Shown here in pieces: positions 61,817 through 64,000 of a DNA stretch of 64,000 nt (positions are counted from its first letter, which is position 1; each line of letters begins with the position of its first letter). The position numbers were made by a program, and so were the translations under genes. The notes under the pieces were generated by a model. That model was given only the letters and a program-made list of their open reading frames with translations, was not told the DNA's origin and searched no databases. Source of the DNA: Paracoccaceae bacterium (GTDB taxonomy: Bacteria; Pseudomonadota; Alphaproteobacteria; Rhodobacterales; Rhodobacteraceae); assembly GCA_041397105.1 (NCBI GenBank), contig JAWKXJ010000009.1, positions 1,049 to 65,048 on the forward strand, read 5' to 3'.

Positions 61817-63019
61817 CTAGTTGTGCTTGTGTTGGGATTGCGTTTCGAACCCGGCCTTGGTCGATTTCGCCAGGCGGGAAATGGCTTTGCTGAGCGGCGA
61901 TCTCGGCGCTGTTCGCAGCAGCGTCTTGCCGCTGTCGGCCGCCGCGGCGGCGGCGCGCGGGTCATGCGGCAGCCAATGGTTCAGCTTGCGGTCCAGCGCC
62001 TTCGAGGCTTCCTTGTGCATCCTCGACTGGAACCAGGGCCGCTTTTCGTGGTTCACGATGACCTCGATCGGCAAGGCGCCGTTGTCGGTCGTGAAAAAGT
62101 CGATCAGACGGCGGCAGTGACGTATGGACGAAACGGAAATGTCGGTGACGACCATCAGTTCGTCCGCACGTTCCACAATCGGTTCGATCCAGCCGACAAG
62201 GGCGCGCGGAAGATCAAGGACGATATAGTCGTTGCTGCCGCGCAGCGTGTCGAGAATGGCTGCGACCTGCGTCGGCTGGAGCGAGTCGAGCGGCGCGAAT
62301 TTCGACGGCGAGGCCAGAACGGAAAGACCGTTCGGCATGACCGTCATGGATTGCGACAGAAATGTCTCGTCCGGAATTGTGCCGTTCAGGGCAAGTTGCA
62401 GAAGCGCGTCCTGTTCGCCGAGGTCAAGCATCGTGCCGACTGTTCCGAACTGCAGGTCTAAGTCGACCAGCGCGACGGCGTCGCCACCTTTCTTGCCGCG
62501 CCGGGCTGCCTTGCCGGCAAGCTGGTCGGCAAGATTGACCGCAACGGTCGATGAACCGGCGCCCCCACGCGCCTGGGTGACGGCAATGATGCGGCCCGCG
62601 CGCGAACGACCGCTGTGCGATTGGTGGGCCTTCTGCGTCAGCGCCGCGAGCTGGCCGACGATGTCCGTCTCGATCGTGGCGATGGGCAGCACATCGTCGA
62701 CACCGGCACGGTTCAGTGCGCGCGCCTGCGAAAGCGATATGTCGCCACTGGCGAGCGCGATCAGAACGCTGCCGCTCCGCCGATTGCCCGCGAGGGCGCG
62801 GATCGCGTCGATGTCGGCATCGTCCGACGGGTCGGTCTGGAACAGAACGACATCGTGCTCCGACATCATCTTGACCGCGCGGCCGTTCATCTGGGCGAGC
62901 GTGGATGTCTGCGCCTCGACGACGACATCGCTGTTTCCGCCGAGCGCGGCGGCGACTGTTGCCGAAATTCCTTCGTCTTGCGAGATCACAAGGACTGATT
63001 TGGGTCTGGCGGTCATCAT
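61817..63019 (-). CDS. cpaE: CpaE/TadZ: receiver-like N-domain + ParA/MinD-type ATPase
   Basis: SVLVISQDE...VVLFQTD is receiver-like. The deviant Walker A context is IAVTQARGGAGSSTVAVNLA. Confidence 0.85.
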   Translation of the reverse strand: MMTARPKSVLVISQDEGISATVAAALGGNSDVVVEAQTSTLAQMNGRAVKMMSEHDVVLFQTDPSDDADIDAIRALAGNRRSGSVLIALASGDISLSQARALNRAGVDDVLPIATIETDIVGQLAALTQKAHQSHSGRSRAGRIIAVTQARGGAGSSTVAVNLADQLAGKAARRGKKGGDAVALVDLDLQFGTVGTMLDLGEQDALLQLALNGTIPDETFLSQSMTVMPNGLSVLASPSKFAPLDSLQPTQVAAILDTLRGSNDYIVLDLPRALVGWIEPIVERADELMVVTDISVSSIRHCRRLIDFFTTDNGALPIEVIVNHEKRPWFQSRMHKEASKALDRKLNHWLPHDPRAAAAAADSGKTLLRTAPRSPLSKAISRLAKSTKAGFETQSQHKHN

Positions 63020-63059
63020 TCTGTCCTTCCTGAAACGCCGTTCGTCGCCTTGGGCCTGG

Positions 63060-63710
63060 TCATCCGTTTTCCCCCATGGCGAGGTCCTCGGCCGGAAGCG
63101 AGGTGCTCATGGCCGGGAATGGCAGGGTGGCGCCGGGCACCGGCCCCCCGCCCGTCAGCGCCGCAAGCCCCGTCAGCGGCGTCGTGAAGATGAAATTGAG
63201 GTTCTGGATCTCAACTGTGACCACCGGCACGTAGGGCCCGCCGAGAAATCCGAGATTTGCGTCGAAGGCGTAGCTGAAGCGCAGATTGGCGGGCGTCGCA
63301 TGGGTGGGCATCAGAACCGATGTCGCGTTCCAGATTTCCGCGACGGTCGAGTTGTTGATGTTACCCGTGCAGGTGATCGTGCCCGGATTGGCGCAGATCG
63401 ACGCGCCGGCCGAACACATCGTGCCAAATCGCGGCGGCGCGGAGCCGGGCGGGACCGTGCCGCGCAGGTTGAGGTTGGGCACACCGGGGCAGGCCGCCGG
63501 GCGGGTCGCGGCGGTCCGCGCCGCCAGTTGCAGCGCCTTGTCCGCCATCACGTATTCCGCGCCCATGCGGCCGAATTCCACAAGGCCGATGAAGACCAGA
63601 AGGAAAACCGGCAGGATGATCGCCATTTCGACAAGCGTTGTGCCGTGTTCCTCTTTCAGGAACCGGGCCGGACGCGCGGCGACAAAGGTGATGAGGTGGC
63701 GCAGGTTCAT
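63060..63710 (-). CDS. TadE/TadG-like pilus assembly protein
   Basis: The N-terminus FLKEEHGTTLVEMAIILPVFLLVFIGLVEFG is a TadE-like pseudopilin leader plus TM segment. Confidence 0.8.
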   Translation of the reverse strand: MNLRHLITFVAARPARFLKEEHGTTLVEMAIILPVFLLVFIGLVEFGRMGAEYVMADKALQLAARTAATRPAACPGVPNLNLRGTVPPGSAPPRFGTMCSAGASICANPGTITCTGNINNSTVAEIWNATSVLMPTHATPANLRFSYAFDANLGFLGGPYVPVVTVEIQNLNFIFTTPLTGLAALTGGGPVPGATLPFPAMSTSLPAEDLAMGENG

Positions 63711-64000
63711 GAGCCGAACACCCGTGACGAATCCGTCACGTCCGTGGTGATCGGGGCGAGGCTGCCGCCGACCAGTGTAAAGACGCCGGAAAACGGAAAG
63801 TTGACGGTCACGTTCGCTGTCACCTGCGCGACGGGCGCCGGGCTGACCCGGTAGGTGCCGACCACACAGGCCAGAGACGGCGTGACAGAGTTCACGGTAA
63901 CAAAGGACGGAAAGACCGAATTGCCGGAAACGCTCTGGCTGACAATGGTTTGTAGCTGCGTGGTATAGGAATTGAGGTTGCCGCCCGAGGTGCAGATGTC
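63707..64000 (-). CDS. C-terminal part of a further Tad-locus protein (TadE/TadG-like); 5' end beyond window
   Basis: Own translation shows the frame is open from the window edge to the stop at 63707: ...TQLQTIVSQSVSGNSVFPSFVTVNSVTPSLACVVGTYRVSPAPVAQVTANVTV... ATGA overlap with the downstream gene. Confidence 0.5.
   Translation of the reverse strand, partial: DICTSGGNLNSYTTQLQTIVSQSVSGNSVFPSFVTVNSVTPSLACVVGTYRVSPAPVAQVTANVTVNFPFSGVFTLVGGSLAPITTDVTDSSRVFGS

Overview
This is a high-GC alphaproteobacterial chromosome segment. The gene order (murA; hisD-UPF0262-LMW-PTP; infA-maf-rng-yacG-tRNA-Phe) looks Rhodobacterales-like, but that is inference only. The window has three parts. (1) 1-11.6 kb holds core housekeeping genes and tRNA-Thr. 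(2) 11.6-29.2 kb is a ~17.6-kb integrative island in the 3' end of tRNA-Phe, bounded by perfect 47-bp direct repeats and visibly more AT-rich than its flanks. It carries AlpA, a DUF927 helicase/primase-like gene, an iteron-like repeat cluster, a serine recombinase, and an XRE regulator followed by a mini-paralog of its own tail. It also carries an HNH nuclease, an IS5/IS427-type IS that knocked out a DUF4268-type nuclease gene, and an orphan metallophosphoesterase. Its type I R-M operon has two translationally coupled, uncharacterised nuclease-like genes between hsdS and hsdR, and a P4-type tyrosine integrase closes the island. (3) 29.2-64 kb returns to core genes. These include a nine-gene, tightly overlapping envelope aminosugar cluster (Arn/Lgm-like logic), a sulfotransferase, leuA with a candidate Leu-rich leader peptide, and a secreted MORN-repeat protein. 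Further on are nadE, a TMADH-family flavoprotein, selO, msrA, a kinase/aminotransferase/BKACE/hydroxylase cluster, and a Tad/Flp pilus locus that runs off the window end. No CRISPR array or rRNA was seen. The best candidate for an undescribed system is the two-gene insert (22457-24336) inside the type I R-M operon, together with its decayed paralogous arrangement next to the HNH nuclease. All functional calls rest on motif recognition by eye, because no database search could be run.
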